Part shown: positions 56,601 to 64,000 of the stretch, piece by piece | Position numbering within the stretch: position 1 is the stretch's first letter | Layout: each line of letters opens with the position of its first letter | Assembly (NCBI GenBank): GCA_963674965.2 | Contig: CAXXFL010000001.1 | Location: forward strand, 672,001 to 736,000 | From: a bacterium | GTDB taxonomy: Bacteria > RBG-13-61-14 > DATKZS01 | DNA length: 64,000 nt | Reading direction: 5' to 3' | Position numbers and translations under genes: made by a program | The notes under the pieces: model-generated | Databases searched by the model: none | What the model was told of the DNA's origin: nothing | What the model saw: the letters and a program-made list of their open reading frames with translations, nothing else

Positions 56601-58778
56601 GGAGAAAAGCTCCATGTTGTCAGTAATCTTGTCCTCGGGGATGACGCCCAGCTCCATAAAGGACTTACCGATTATCTGGTCCTTGGTCCATCCAGCCACC
56701 TCGAACTCGTTGTCGTTGAAGTCGATGATCCGGCCGTCGAGACCGATCAGGGTAATCATCTCGGGAGAGCGCTCGAACAGGGTCCGGTATTTTTCCTCGC
56801 TTTGCCTGAGAGCGTCGAGGGCGGCCTTGCTTTCGGTCACGTCGGTGTTGACCCCGATCCATTTGGTGGGAGTTCCAGACTCGTCGCGGAGGGCGAAGCC
56901 CCTGCTCTGAACCGTAATATAAGTCCCGTCTTTCTTTTTAACGCGGTACTCGGCCTCGAAGGGAGTGCCCTCCTCGAGGTGCCGGGCCACGGCCTCGAGA
57001 ACGCGGGGACGGTCGTCGCGATGGATTTGGGCGTTGTTGCCGTAAAAGTCGCGGGGAAACTGGCCGGGCTCGTATCCGAGCATGCCGTCAATGTCGCCGT
57101 ACCAGTTCATGCGCAGGGTCCGGGGGTCGGCCTCGTAAATCAGGTCGGTGGCGAGGCTGGCGGCTATGCGGAACCTTTCCTCGCTGGCCTCCAGCGCCGC
57201 CCTGGCCCTGCGGCGTTCCGAGATGTCGATGACGGTGGCCGCAATATATGACGATTCGCCTCGCCCTTCCTTGATCAAAATTGCGTTGACAAGAGCGGGA
57301 AAACGGGTCCCGTCCTTTCTCTCCAATAATATTTCCTCGGCGTTGAAGCTCTCCTCGGCGTTGACCTTGTTCCTGAGATCGACGGCCCGCTCAGGACCGA
57401 GAACGCGGAACAGGTCCCTGAAATTCATGCCCACCAATTCCGAGGCGGCGTACCCGAGCGCGTCCGCCATCGCTCCGTTGACGTAGGTGAAATCCCCTCT
57501 CGCGTCCACGATGCAGTTGCCCGTGCCGGACTGGTCGGAGATGGCCTTGAACTTTTTCAGTTCCTCCTCGGCCCGCCTCTTCGCGGTCACGTCCCGAGCC
57601 ACCGCCACGAACTGAACCGCCTTTCCGTTTTCGAATAACGGGGCCCCGCTGACGGATACGATCAGAAGCTCGCCCGACCGAGTGACCATCTCGTACTCGG
57701 CGCCCTGAATGGTCTCGCCCGACAAGACCCTGACCGCGTCCATGTAGGCCTTATCGAGGGAGCGGGGAGAAAATATCTTCATCTCCGTAAGATGAAGTCC
57801 AACCACCTCCTCGGGCGGGAAGCCGAAGACGCGTTTGCTCGAGGGAGAGGCGGCGGTAACGCGCAAATCGCCGCCCATGGCGAAGATCACGTCGGTCACG
57901 TTGTCGAAGTGGAGACGGAACTTTTCCTCGCTCTCGCGCAGGCCCTTCTCGGCCTCGATCTTTTCCGTAACGTCGAGAAAGGTGACAAGCGCGCACCTGC
58001 GGCCGTTGACCCAGGCCGAGCCGCCGGAGCAGTCCAGGACCCTCAAGGCCCCGTCCTTTCGTATGATCTTCGCCGAGAACTGGCCCGGCGGCTCTTTGTT
58101 CCCGATCCAGTCGCGGGAAAATTTTATTACCTTGCCAAGTTCCTCCGGCGCGAGCTGATTAAGCACGGCGCCGCCGGCGAGCTCCGAGAAGTCCTTTAGC
58201 CCGTAGGCCGCCACGGCCGCGGGGTTGGCGTAAATCATGCCCAGGTCCTCGTCGAAAACGAGGATGCCGTTTTGGGACTTGTCCGCGATCACTCGGAAAA
58301 GCTCGGGCCCTCCGGCAAGGTCGGCGGCGCCCGGGTCCTTGGAGGCAAGAGGGAGGGGGCGGCAAACGGCAATGCCCTTTCCACCCTCGACCATGAAGGG
58401 AATAAATAAAAGGATTACCTGCCTGGACGACCCGTTCGCGGCCAGGGAACATTCGATTTTATGGGGCAGACGAGACTCGAGGCAGGCGAGGATGGCGGAA
58501 TCGACGCGGCCCTTGCTTTCCGCGCCGGGGAATATCCTTTCCGCGATTTCCTCGACGCTTTGGTCGGGAAAGTCGAACTCGCGCCGAAAGGAATCGCTGA
58601 CCTCGATCAGTCTTTGCGCCTCGAAGACCAGAAGCGCGCCGCTCTCCCGGGCAAGATCGGGCAAGATGGACCGAAAGAAATCATCCCTCGAGATAAGGGG
58701 CGTTGAATAAGCTCCAGGGTCTGCCATTGATGTAGTACTCCCTTGGTACGCGCCCTCCGCGAAAAGGCGCTGAGCCAT
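53619..58778 (-). CDS. Large multi-PAS/GAF hybrid histidine-kinase-like protein with receiver domain
   Basis: Many PAS/PAC repeats, one GAF, AHAINN H-box, REC domain (VVDDE..IID..KKP); the true start may be ATG 58727. Confidence 0.9.
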   Translation of the reverse strand: MAQRLFAEGAYQGSTTSMADPGAYSTPLISRDDFFRSILPDLARESGALLVFEAQRLIEVSDSFRREFDFPDQSVEEIAERIFPGAESKGRVDSAILACLESRLPHKIECSLAANGSSRQVILLFIPFMVEGGKGIAVCRPLPLASKDPGAADLAGGPELFRVIADKSQNGILVFDEDLGMIYANPAAVAAYGLKDFSELAGGAVLNQLAPEELGKVIKFSRDWIGNKEPPGQFSAKIIRKDGALRVLDCSGGSAWVNGRRCALVTFLDVTEKIEAEKGLRESEEKFRLHFDNVTDVIFAMGGDLRVTAASPSSKRVFGFPPEEVVGLHLTEMKIFSPRSLDKAYMDAVRVLSGETIQGAEYEMVTRSGELLIVSVSGAPLFENGKAVQFVAVARDVTAKRRAEEELKKFKAISDQSGTGNCIVDARGDFTYVNGAMADALGYAASELVGMNFRDLFRVLGPERAVDLRNKVNAEESFNAEEILLERKDGTRFPALVNAILIKEGRGESSYIAATVIDISERRRARAALEASEERFRIAASLATDLIYEADPRTLRMNWYGDIDGMLGYEPGQFPRDFYGNNAQIHRDDRPRVLEAVARHLEEGTPFEAEYRVKKKDGTYITVQSRGFALRDESGTPTKWIGVNTDVTESKAALDALRQSEEKYRTLFERSPEMITLIGLDGRIIDFNDNEFEVAGWTKDQIIGKSFMELGVIPEDKITDNMELFSKILGGEEAGPIEVEVETRDKGHRWLENYVTFLNKDGKPFGVQVITRDVTDRKEMEKSLRESEMRFRLAAHVASDAIYEWDARTFDFKWFGDVDSMLGYGRGEFPRNVVAAKDVVHPDDQEKVIKAVADHVAKKDDFNLEYRLKRKDGSWAWISSRGVAVRDDEGKLAKWIGVNSDISAAKKASRIAQIQRELGMMLSQGLDAQSALDYSLSAAIQISEMEGGGLYLVDHEKDVLELMVHRGLSDKFVDAVRFVPRVEETEGGLLEGAALYCRVTDLPDFAARAGLEEGLDSIVILPLRTGERVLGSLHLSSSRPGRPAMDVRHALESVASHIAAVAARLEAEKALRQSEERARVLFKSIPAPTFTWCKKGEDFILLEYNDAAMKFTDGAIIDYVGMKAGEIYEREPERIAEIERAFREKTGFEKEIEFKKDGMILTLLVKYAFVPPDRVIVHMDDVTGRVRMGDEAMRTREKYRALAESAVDLIWVTGMDFRPKYVSPSVEALRGFTADEVMNESVEEALEPESAAAARRSIAEVLRRESAPGESPEESVVLDLGFNTKSGGVLWTETRATLLRDQLGRLSGIHGISRPKEKPFLAAGAREAGREAYFRSLQLESMGVLSSSVAHAINNSLAVMKGYAEILAGDLEDDSDSRLCAEKVRSAADQASRWTEKVKETTSPSTMNKVPVNADALVRETLKEMETALAAGPLVRIKTPEIEELINADMAALRLLVSNLAASMARGLMEDMEDAWLEVETGVDKVNEEMLSQSGFDAGPGMYFRATFKSDGGPEGLEIFKEALDSKRIGLIDFGGDEALLAAASLLARALGGAILAKSQNGKRTVSLLLPARREKGKDMDPVRRPEKDDRQRKILVVDDEEAILDVTTRLLGRMGYKALGAIDAQKAAEIITREKEDMDLAIIDARIPNSSGPEIMRMIRKIKPDIKIVACSGAVNGAEVKEMVALGAALVIKKPFSMQRLADAVKRVLEGGPDQGED

Positions 58779-59036
58779 GATCGATCGTTCTCCGGTAAAG
58801 GCGACTCTTAGCTCTCCGTCGGGAGAGTCCCGGTCTCCTTACGTCAGGGCCGCAGCTAATAGGCAAGGCCCTCTCGAATCCAAGTTAACGAGTCATCTAT
58901 GAGTATATTTCATGAATGAGAAAAATTCCAAATGAAATTTGCGCGCCAGGCGTATTCTTCTCCTCACACGTCATCCATGGCCTTAGTTGGCCGCTAAGCG
59001 CGCATGGACGATCGATCGCGGATTTAGGGCGCCGCG

Positions 59037-59064
59037 TTGACATGCCGCCGGCTCGTGATAAAAT
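59037..59064 (+). promoter_or_regulatory. Near-consensus sigma70 promoter of thx
   Basis: TTGACA-16-TAAAAT with extended TG. Confidence 0.7.
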
Positions 59065-59110
59065 CGAAAATAGGTTGATCGCAAATTTAATTATAGAAGA
59101 GAGGTATTAA

Positions 59111-59218
59111 ATGGGCAGGGGAGACAAAAAAACGAAAAAAGGAAAAATCTGGCGTCACTCTTTCGGAAACACCAGGCCCAAACAGGGCAAAAAGAAAGAC
59201 AAATCCGACGAGTCTTGA
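59111..59218 (+). CDS. thx: 30S ribosomal protein bTHX (35 aa; absent from the ORF track)
   Basis: MGRGDKKTKKGKIWRHSFGNTRPKQGKKKDKSDES; GAGG RBS; matches the THX G[KR]GD.[KR]T.[KR]GKI...S.G..RP pattern. Confidence 0.93.
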   Translation: MGRGDKKTKKGKIWRHSFGNTRPKQGKKKDKSDES

Positions 59219-59254
59219 AAATATATCAAATGGACCATTAAAATCCTTGAAAGC

Positions 59255-59292
59255 TTTTTCAGCCCCCACTTTCCGGCGGGGGCTGGAAAAAA
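59255..59292. terminator. Intrinsic terminator-like hairpin after thx
   Basis: TTTTTCAGCCCCC...GGGGGCTGGAAAA stem. Confidence 0.6.
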
Positions 59293-59502
59293 TTCCCGCA
59301 AGTAATCGCTCTCATCTCTTGAGCCGCCGGTTGCGGTTTTTTTCATGAGGTCTGTTGGTTCTTTCTTCCAGCGGGTTAATCGCGTTCCCTGATTCACGTC
59401 TCAGGCGTCGTTGACCGCGACGGGATTATGCTGTATTTTCAGTTTATTATCGTGAAAGATAAAGGCGCTTTTTTTTAGGCGCCTTAACTATCGGGATGTA
59501 AA

Positions 59503-60525
59503 TTGGGCGCTTCTCGCAAAATATACGTAGCTTTGGCGGCGTTTATGTCGGTGATCCTATTTGGGACCCTGGGATACGTGTTTCTCGAGGGGGCCGGCTT
59601 TCTCGACGCCATGTACATGACCATCATCACGGTGGCGTCGGTGGGCTACGAGGAGACCGTCGATCTCGACCAAAAAGGCCGCGTTTTCACGATGATCCTT
59701 ATCCTGGCCGGCCTTCTGACGTGGACCCTTTTTACCGTCAACCTGGTGGCTTTCCTGGTGGAGGGCGAGTTCCGCCGCCTTTTTCTTCACGCCCGGGCGA
59801 TGAAGAGGATTAGTAGAATGAAAAACCATTACGTTATCTGCGGGCTGGGCCAGGTCGGGACCTCGGCCCTCGAGGAGTTCATGGCCATCGGCGTTCCCTG
59901 CGTGGTCGTGGAAAAGGACACCCGGGTCATCGAGGACGTCAAGGAAAAGTATCCCGAGCTTCTCGTCATCCATGGAGACGCCACCAACGACGAGACCCTC
60001 GAGGCGGCCAACGTGCAGAAGGCAAGGGGACTGATGGCCGCGGCCGAGAGCGACGCGGACAACCTATTTATCGTGCTCAGTTCCCGCGCCAAGAACCGGG
60101 ACCTGGTTATCGTGTCCCGAGCCACCCGCACACAAAGCCGGGACAAGCTCCTTTACGCCGGCGCCAACCACGTGGTCATGCCCAACGTGACGGGCGGAAT
60201 GAGAATGGCCTCCCAGATGCTGAGACCGCAGGTGTGCGATTTCCTTGACGTCATGATGACCGGTACCAAGGAAATCCTCCGCATCGAGCAGGCCGTCATC
60301 GATAAAAGCTCGCCCCTGGCGGGCATGACCCTGGTCGACGCCTGCATCCCTCAAAAGACGGGCCTTTTAGTACTGGCCATCCTGCACAAGGACGGAACAT
60401 TCGTTTACAATCCCACCTCCATGGAAAAGATACTGGCCGAGGATACCCTGGTGGTGCTGGGCCGGGCCGACCAGATGCCCGCTCTCGGCAAGCTGATCGG
60501 GTCCAGGTCGGAGGCTAGCCGCTAG
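59503..60525 (+). CDS. Two-TM potassium channel with TrkA-N/TrkA-C (RCK) domains
   Basis: TM-pore(TVASVGYE)-TM, HYVICGLGQVG and GDAT motifs. Confidence 0.92.
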   Translation: MGASRKIYVALAAFMSVILFGTLGYVFLEGAGFLDAMYMTIITVASVGYEETVDLDQKGRVFTMILILAGLLTWTLFTVNLVAFLVEGEFRRLFLHARAMKRISRMKNHYVICGLGQVGTSALEEFMAIGVPCVVVEKDTRVIEDVKEKYPELLVIHGDATNDETLEAANVQKARGLMAAAESDADNLFIVLSSRAKNRDLVIVSRATRTQSRDKLLYAGANHVVMPNVTGGMRMASQMLRPQVCDFLDVMMTGTKEILRIEQAVIDKSSPLAGMTLVDACIPQKTGLLVLAILHKDGTFVYNPTSMEKILAEDTLVVLGRADQMPALGKLIGSRSEASR

Positions 60526-61183
60526 GCTTGCCCGTTTTCTTTCGAGGATCGATATACGCGGAATGGTCCGAGCCGGACATGGCCCGCAGTATGCCCACCA
60601 CCGACCTGGCCATGGCGTCTATTACCGCGTCACGCTCGAGGCCCGGGTCATGAGCGTACTCGTTTAAAATGGCCGTGACCGCCGCCAGGATGGCCCGTGA
60701 GGCCAGGCGCACGTCAAAGGGAGGAAGCCAGCCCCTGTCTATATGGTCTTGAAGGTCGCGGGTCTGCTCCTCGTGGTAAAGACGGCGCTCCTCCATGGCC
60801 AGTCGCCTCAACTCGGGAGGCATACGCTCGGTCTCTCCCGTCAGGAGCGAAAAGATCACCCGGTGCTTTTCCGCGAAGTTCATGAACTCCGTCACCGCCC
60901 GGACGTTGCGCTCCTCCAGGGAAACCGAGGAGGGAAGGTAGCGGACCTCGCGCAAAAAACGGCGAAGCGCCACGTGAGCGTCGTCCACCACCGCCGCGAT
61001 AAGGTCGTTCTTGTTCTTGAAGTGATGGTAAAAAGAGCCCACCGACGAACCGGCCCGCTCCGCTACCACGCGAACCGAAACCCCCTCGAAGCCCCGCTCG
61101 GAAATGATCTCGGTGGCGGCCCTTAACAGGTCGACCCTCGTGTGCTCTCCCCGGCTCTGCTTTTTCCTGCGCGTCTTCTCCAT
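60515..61183 (-). CDS. TetR/AcrR-family regulator
   Basis: GFEGVSVRVVAERAG.SVGSFYHHFKNK HTH; alternative start at 61219. Confidence 0.93.
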   Translation of the reverse strand: MEKTRRKKQSRGEHTRVDLLRAATEIISERGFEGVSVRVVAERAGSSVGSFYHHFKNKNDLIAAVVDDAHVALRRFLREVRYLPSSVSLEERNVRAVTEFMNFAEKHRVIFSLLTGETERMPPELRRLAMEERRLYHEEQTRDLQDHIDRGWLPPFDVRLASRAILAAVTAILNEYAHDPGLERDAVIDAMARSVVGILRAMSGSDHSAYIDPRKKTGKPSG

Positions 61184-61337
61184 CGATTTTCCTGGAACAA
61201 CGGTTCTAACATAAGCCATGGCCTGGAAGTTGTCAACGAGAGGTGGATGAAAGGCCCGTGATCCCGCGCGCCAAGCCTTTTGTTCCGGGCTTATAACAAA
61301 GCGCGCCGTCCGCGGGACGCGGGACCCGCCACCCGGC

Positions 61338-61379
61338 TTGACCGGCCGGCGGCTTCGTGTTAAATAGAACGAACGTTCT
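61338..61379 (+). promoter_or_regulatory. Promoter plus palindromic operator of the flavoprotein-carboxylase operon
   Basis: TTGACC-17-TAAATA followed by AGAACG-AA-CGTTCT. Confidence 0.65.
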
Positions 61380-61421
61380 GATTTACAAGAAGCGCCCCAT
61401 TAAGCTAACAAGGAGGAACCC

Positions 61422-62162
61422 TTGAAAATCGTGGCAATAAATGGAAGTCCCCGCAAGTGGAAGGGCAACACGGAAAGGGTCCTTAAACCTTTCCTCGAGG
61501 GGGCCAGCTCGGCGGGCGCCGAGGTCGAGGTCATTTACGTCAAGGAAAAAAACATAAAGCCCTGTCTTGGATGTAACTCATGCTTTCTCAAGACGCCGGG
61601 CCGCTGCGTGCAAAAGGACGACATGGCCGATATCATCGAGTCGATCCGCTCCAGCGACGTGATCGTACTGGCCTCTCCCATCTACGTTGGAGGAGTAACC
61701 GGCCAGACCAAGACCTTTCTCGACCGCCTCACTCCCTTGTCTCTTCCCTTTCTCGAGGTGGTGGACGGATACAGCGTCCATGAAAAACGGGAAGACTTCA
61801 AGCTTCGGGGGATCGCGTTCGTTTCTAACAACGGTTTTCACGAGCTATATCATTTCGACGACCTGATCGCGCACGTCAAGTCCGTGGCCAAGATGATGCA
61901 GACGGAATTTTTAGGCGCGATCTTAAGGCCCCATGGCGTAATTCTCGAGATGGCCGAGAAGCTCATGCCCGACAAGACGGCGGCCGTTTACGACGCGGCC
62001 CGCCGCGCCGGAGTCGAGTTGGTGGAAAAGGGCAGGGTCTCGGCCGAGCTCGAGGCCGAGGTGGCCCGGGAGCTTTTGCCTCGCGACTATTTCAACAAGG
62101 CGATGAACGATTATTTCCGCAAGGCGTGGGATGAAGCCGCGAAAGGCGAAACAATTAACTGA
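61422..62162 (+). CDS. Iron-sulfur flavoprotein / flavodoxin-family protein
   Basis: INGSPR..GNT, CLGCNSC..C and SPIY motifs. Confidence 0.9.
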   Translation: MKIVAINGSPRKWKGNTERVLKPFLEGASSAGAEVEVIYVKEKNIKPCLGCNSCFLKTPGRCVQKDDMADIIESIRSSDVIVLASPIYVGGVTGQTKTFLDRLTPLSLPFLEVVDGYSVHEKREDFKLRGIAFVSNNGFHELYHFDDLIAHVKSVAKMMQTEFLGAILRPHGVILEMAEKLMPDKTAAVYDAARRAGVELVEKGRVSAELEAEVARELLPRDYFNKAMNDYFRKAWDEAAKGETIN

Positions 62163-62190
62163 AACAAACAAAGGAAAGGCGGCCGATAAT

Positions 62191-63807
62191 ATGGACGTAA
62201 TCGAGACGAAAATCGACAAGTCCTCGGACGAGTACAAGAAGAACTTCGAGGACATGGCCGCGCTGGTCGAGGACCTTAACAAAGAGCTCGACCGCGCCTG
62301 GAACGAGCGCTCCGGGAAGTCCCTCGCCCGTCTCGAGGAGTCGGGCAAGCTTCCGGCCAAGAAGAAGCTCGAGCTTCTCCTGGATAAAAACACCCCCTTT
62401 CTCGAGCTTTGCCCCCTGGCGGCCAAGGACATGTACGACGGTAAAATCCACAAGGCCGGACTGGTCAAGGGCATAGGCGTGGTCTCGGGCAAGGAGGCGG
62501 CGATCAGCGTCAACGACGCCACCATCAAGGGCGGCTCGGCCTATCCCATGACGGTGAAAAAGATGCTTAGGGGCCAGACCATCGTCATGGAAAACCGCTT
62601 GCCCTCGATAAGCCTGATCGACTCGGCCGGCGCTTTCCTTCCCCTTCAGGCCGAGATATTCCCTGACTACGACGGGGGAGGCCGGGTTTTTTACAACCAG
62701 GCCATGATCTCGAAGATGGGCATCCCCCAGATCGCGGCGGTCATGGGACTTTGCACGGCCGGCGGCGCCTACGGCGTGGCCATGTGCGACGACGTGGTCC
62801 ACGTAAAGGGCCACGGGGCCATTTTCCTTGGCGGCCCGCCCCTGGTGAAGGCGGCCACGGGGGAGGAGGTGACGGCCGACCAGCTTGGCGGGGCCGAGGT
62901 CCATTGCGTCGAGTCGGGCGTGTCCGACTACATCGCGGAGGATGACGCCCACGCCATCGCCATAATCCGGAACATCGTGAAGAACCTTCCCCCCACCAGG
63001 AAGACCGAGCTGGCCATGGAGGACCCCGAGCCTCCGGCCTACGATCCCAAGGAACTTTACGGCGTGGTCAGCCCGGACCTTTCCAAGCCCTACGACATCA
63101 GGGAGGTGATAGCCCGGATTGTGGACGGCTCCAAATTCCTCGAGTTCAAGGAACACTACGGGACCTCACTCATCTGCGGCTGGGCCCACATCCACGGCTA
63201 CCCAGTAGGGATTTTGGGAAACAACGGCATCATCTTCTCGCAAGACGCCCTCAAGGCCACCCAGTTCATGCAGCTTTGCGACCGCCGCGAGGTCCCTCTC
63301 CTCTTCCTCCAGAACATCAACGGCTTCATTATCGGCAAGGCCTACGAGGAGGGCGGCATTACCAAGAACGGCCATAAAATGGTCAACGCCGTGTCCACCG
63401 TCTCGGTGCCCAAGTTCACGGTCATAGTGGGAGCGTCATTCGGAGCGGGCAACTACGCCATGTGCGGAAGGGCCTACTCGCCCCGCTTTCTCTATACCTG
63501 GCCCAACGCCCAGATCGGGGTCATGGGAGGGAAGCAGGCCGCGGGGGTGCTCGAGACCATAACCAACGACCAGCGCCAACGCCTCGGCCAGGAGCCCCTT
63601 ACCGAGGAGGAGGCCGCCAAGATAGTCGAGCCCATCATCGCCCGGGCCGCCGAGCAGGGAAACGCCTATTACGCCACGGCCAGGCTATGGGACGACGGGA
63701 TCATCGACCCCGCCAAGACCAGGGACGTGCTCGGGCTAAGCATCTCGGCGGCGCTGAACGCGCCCATCCGGGACGACAAGCTCGGGTACGGCGTGTTCAG
63801 GATGTAA
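62191..63807 (+). CDS. Acyl-CoA carboxylase carboxyltransferase subunit (methylcrotonyl/geranyl-CoA type)
   Basis: [27 protein letters not shown] and [11 protein letters not shown] motifs; ends GVFRM. Confidence 0.94.
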   Translation: MDVIETKIDKSSDEYKKNFEDMAALVEDLNKELDRAWNERSGKSLARLEESGKLPAKKKLELLLDKNTPFLELCPLAAKDMYDGKIHKAGLVKGIGVVSGKEAAISVNDATIKGGSAYPMTVKKMLRGQTIVMENRLPSISLIDSAGAFLPLQAEIFPDYDGGGRVFYNQAMISKMGIPQIAAVMGLCTAGGAYGVAMCDDVVHVKGHGAIFLGGPPLVKAATGEEVTADQLGGAEVHCVESGVSDYIAEDDAHAIAIIRNIVKNLPPTRKTELAMEDPEPPAYDPKELYGVVSPDLSKPYDIREVIARIVDGSKFLEFKEHYGTSLICGWAHIHGYPVGILGNNGIIFSQDALKATQFMQLCDRREVPLLFLQNINGFIIGKAYEEGGITKNGHKMVNAVSTVSVPKFTVIVGASFGAGNYAMCGRAYSPRFLYTWPNAQIGVMGGKQAAGVLETITNDQRQRLGQEPLTEEEAAKIVEPIIARAAEQGNAYYATARLWDDGIIDPAKTRDVLGLSISAALNAPIRDDKLGYGVFRM

Positions 63808-63817
63808 GGAGATGGCC

Positions 63818-64000
63818 ATGTTCAAAAAAATACTGGTGGCCAACCGGGGAGAGATCGCAAGGCGCGTCATTCACGCGTGCCGAGAGATGGGCGTCGAGAC
63901 CGCGGCCGTTTACTCCGAGGCCGACGAAAAGGCCCTCCACGTTCTCGAGGCCTCCGAGGCCGTGAGCCTGGGGCCGTCCGAGCCCTCTCAAAGCTATTTG
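63818..64000 (+). CDS. Biotin carboxylase subunit (partial)
   Basis: [40 protein letters not shown]. Confidence 0.93.
   Translation, partial: MFKKILVANRGEIARRVIHACREMGVETAAVYSEADEKALHVLEASEAVSLGPSEPSQSYL

Noticed and set aside
59630-59655. SVGYE potassium-channel filter as a novelty
   Set aside because: GYx-E variants are common in this TrkA-domain channel family.
1-64000. CRISPR array, tRNA or rRNA genes
   Set aside because: No regularly spaced repeats or recognisable tRNA/rRNA sequence seen by eye; repeats present are protein-coding (YD, FG-GAP, PAS, TPR).

Overview
64 kb of GC-rich chromosome from an anaerobic Deltaproteobacteria-like organism (taxonomy inferred from gene content only). 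The first 20 kb contain a decayed Rhs polymorphic-toxin region with AT-rich toxin/immunity cassettes and three IS elements (IS3 311-1928, ISL3 2120-3468, IS630 14092-15086). Removing the ISs by hand reveals two paralogous caspase/CHAT-like (His-Cys) Rhs C-terminal domains, each followed by a related membrane immunity-like gene and each hit by a different IS at almost the same codon. In both visible Rhs proteins the segment right after the DPxG autocleavage motif resembles a type IV pilin N-terminal helix; one gives an exact F1/E5 mature-pilin pattern. The rest is mostly core or metabolic: clpB, an ECF sigma/anti-sigma pair, an octaheme tetrathionate reductase-multiheme-cytochrome b-YeeE-rhodanese operon, gpmA, nadC-birA-coaX-ltaE, sensor kinases (one with a degenerate ATPase domain), a GAF-GGDEF with the Hypr (3',3'-cGAMP synthase) Ser signature next to a canonical diguanylate cyclase, a 35-aa ribosomal protein bTHX missing from the ORF track, a K+ channel, and a TetR-linked acyl-CoA carboxylase operon whose operator recurs 54 kb away in front of an acyl-CoA dehydrogenase. 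No rRNA, tRNA or CRISPR array was seen. All family calls come from motif recognition by eye, not from database searches.
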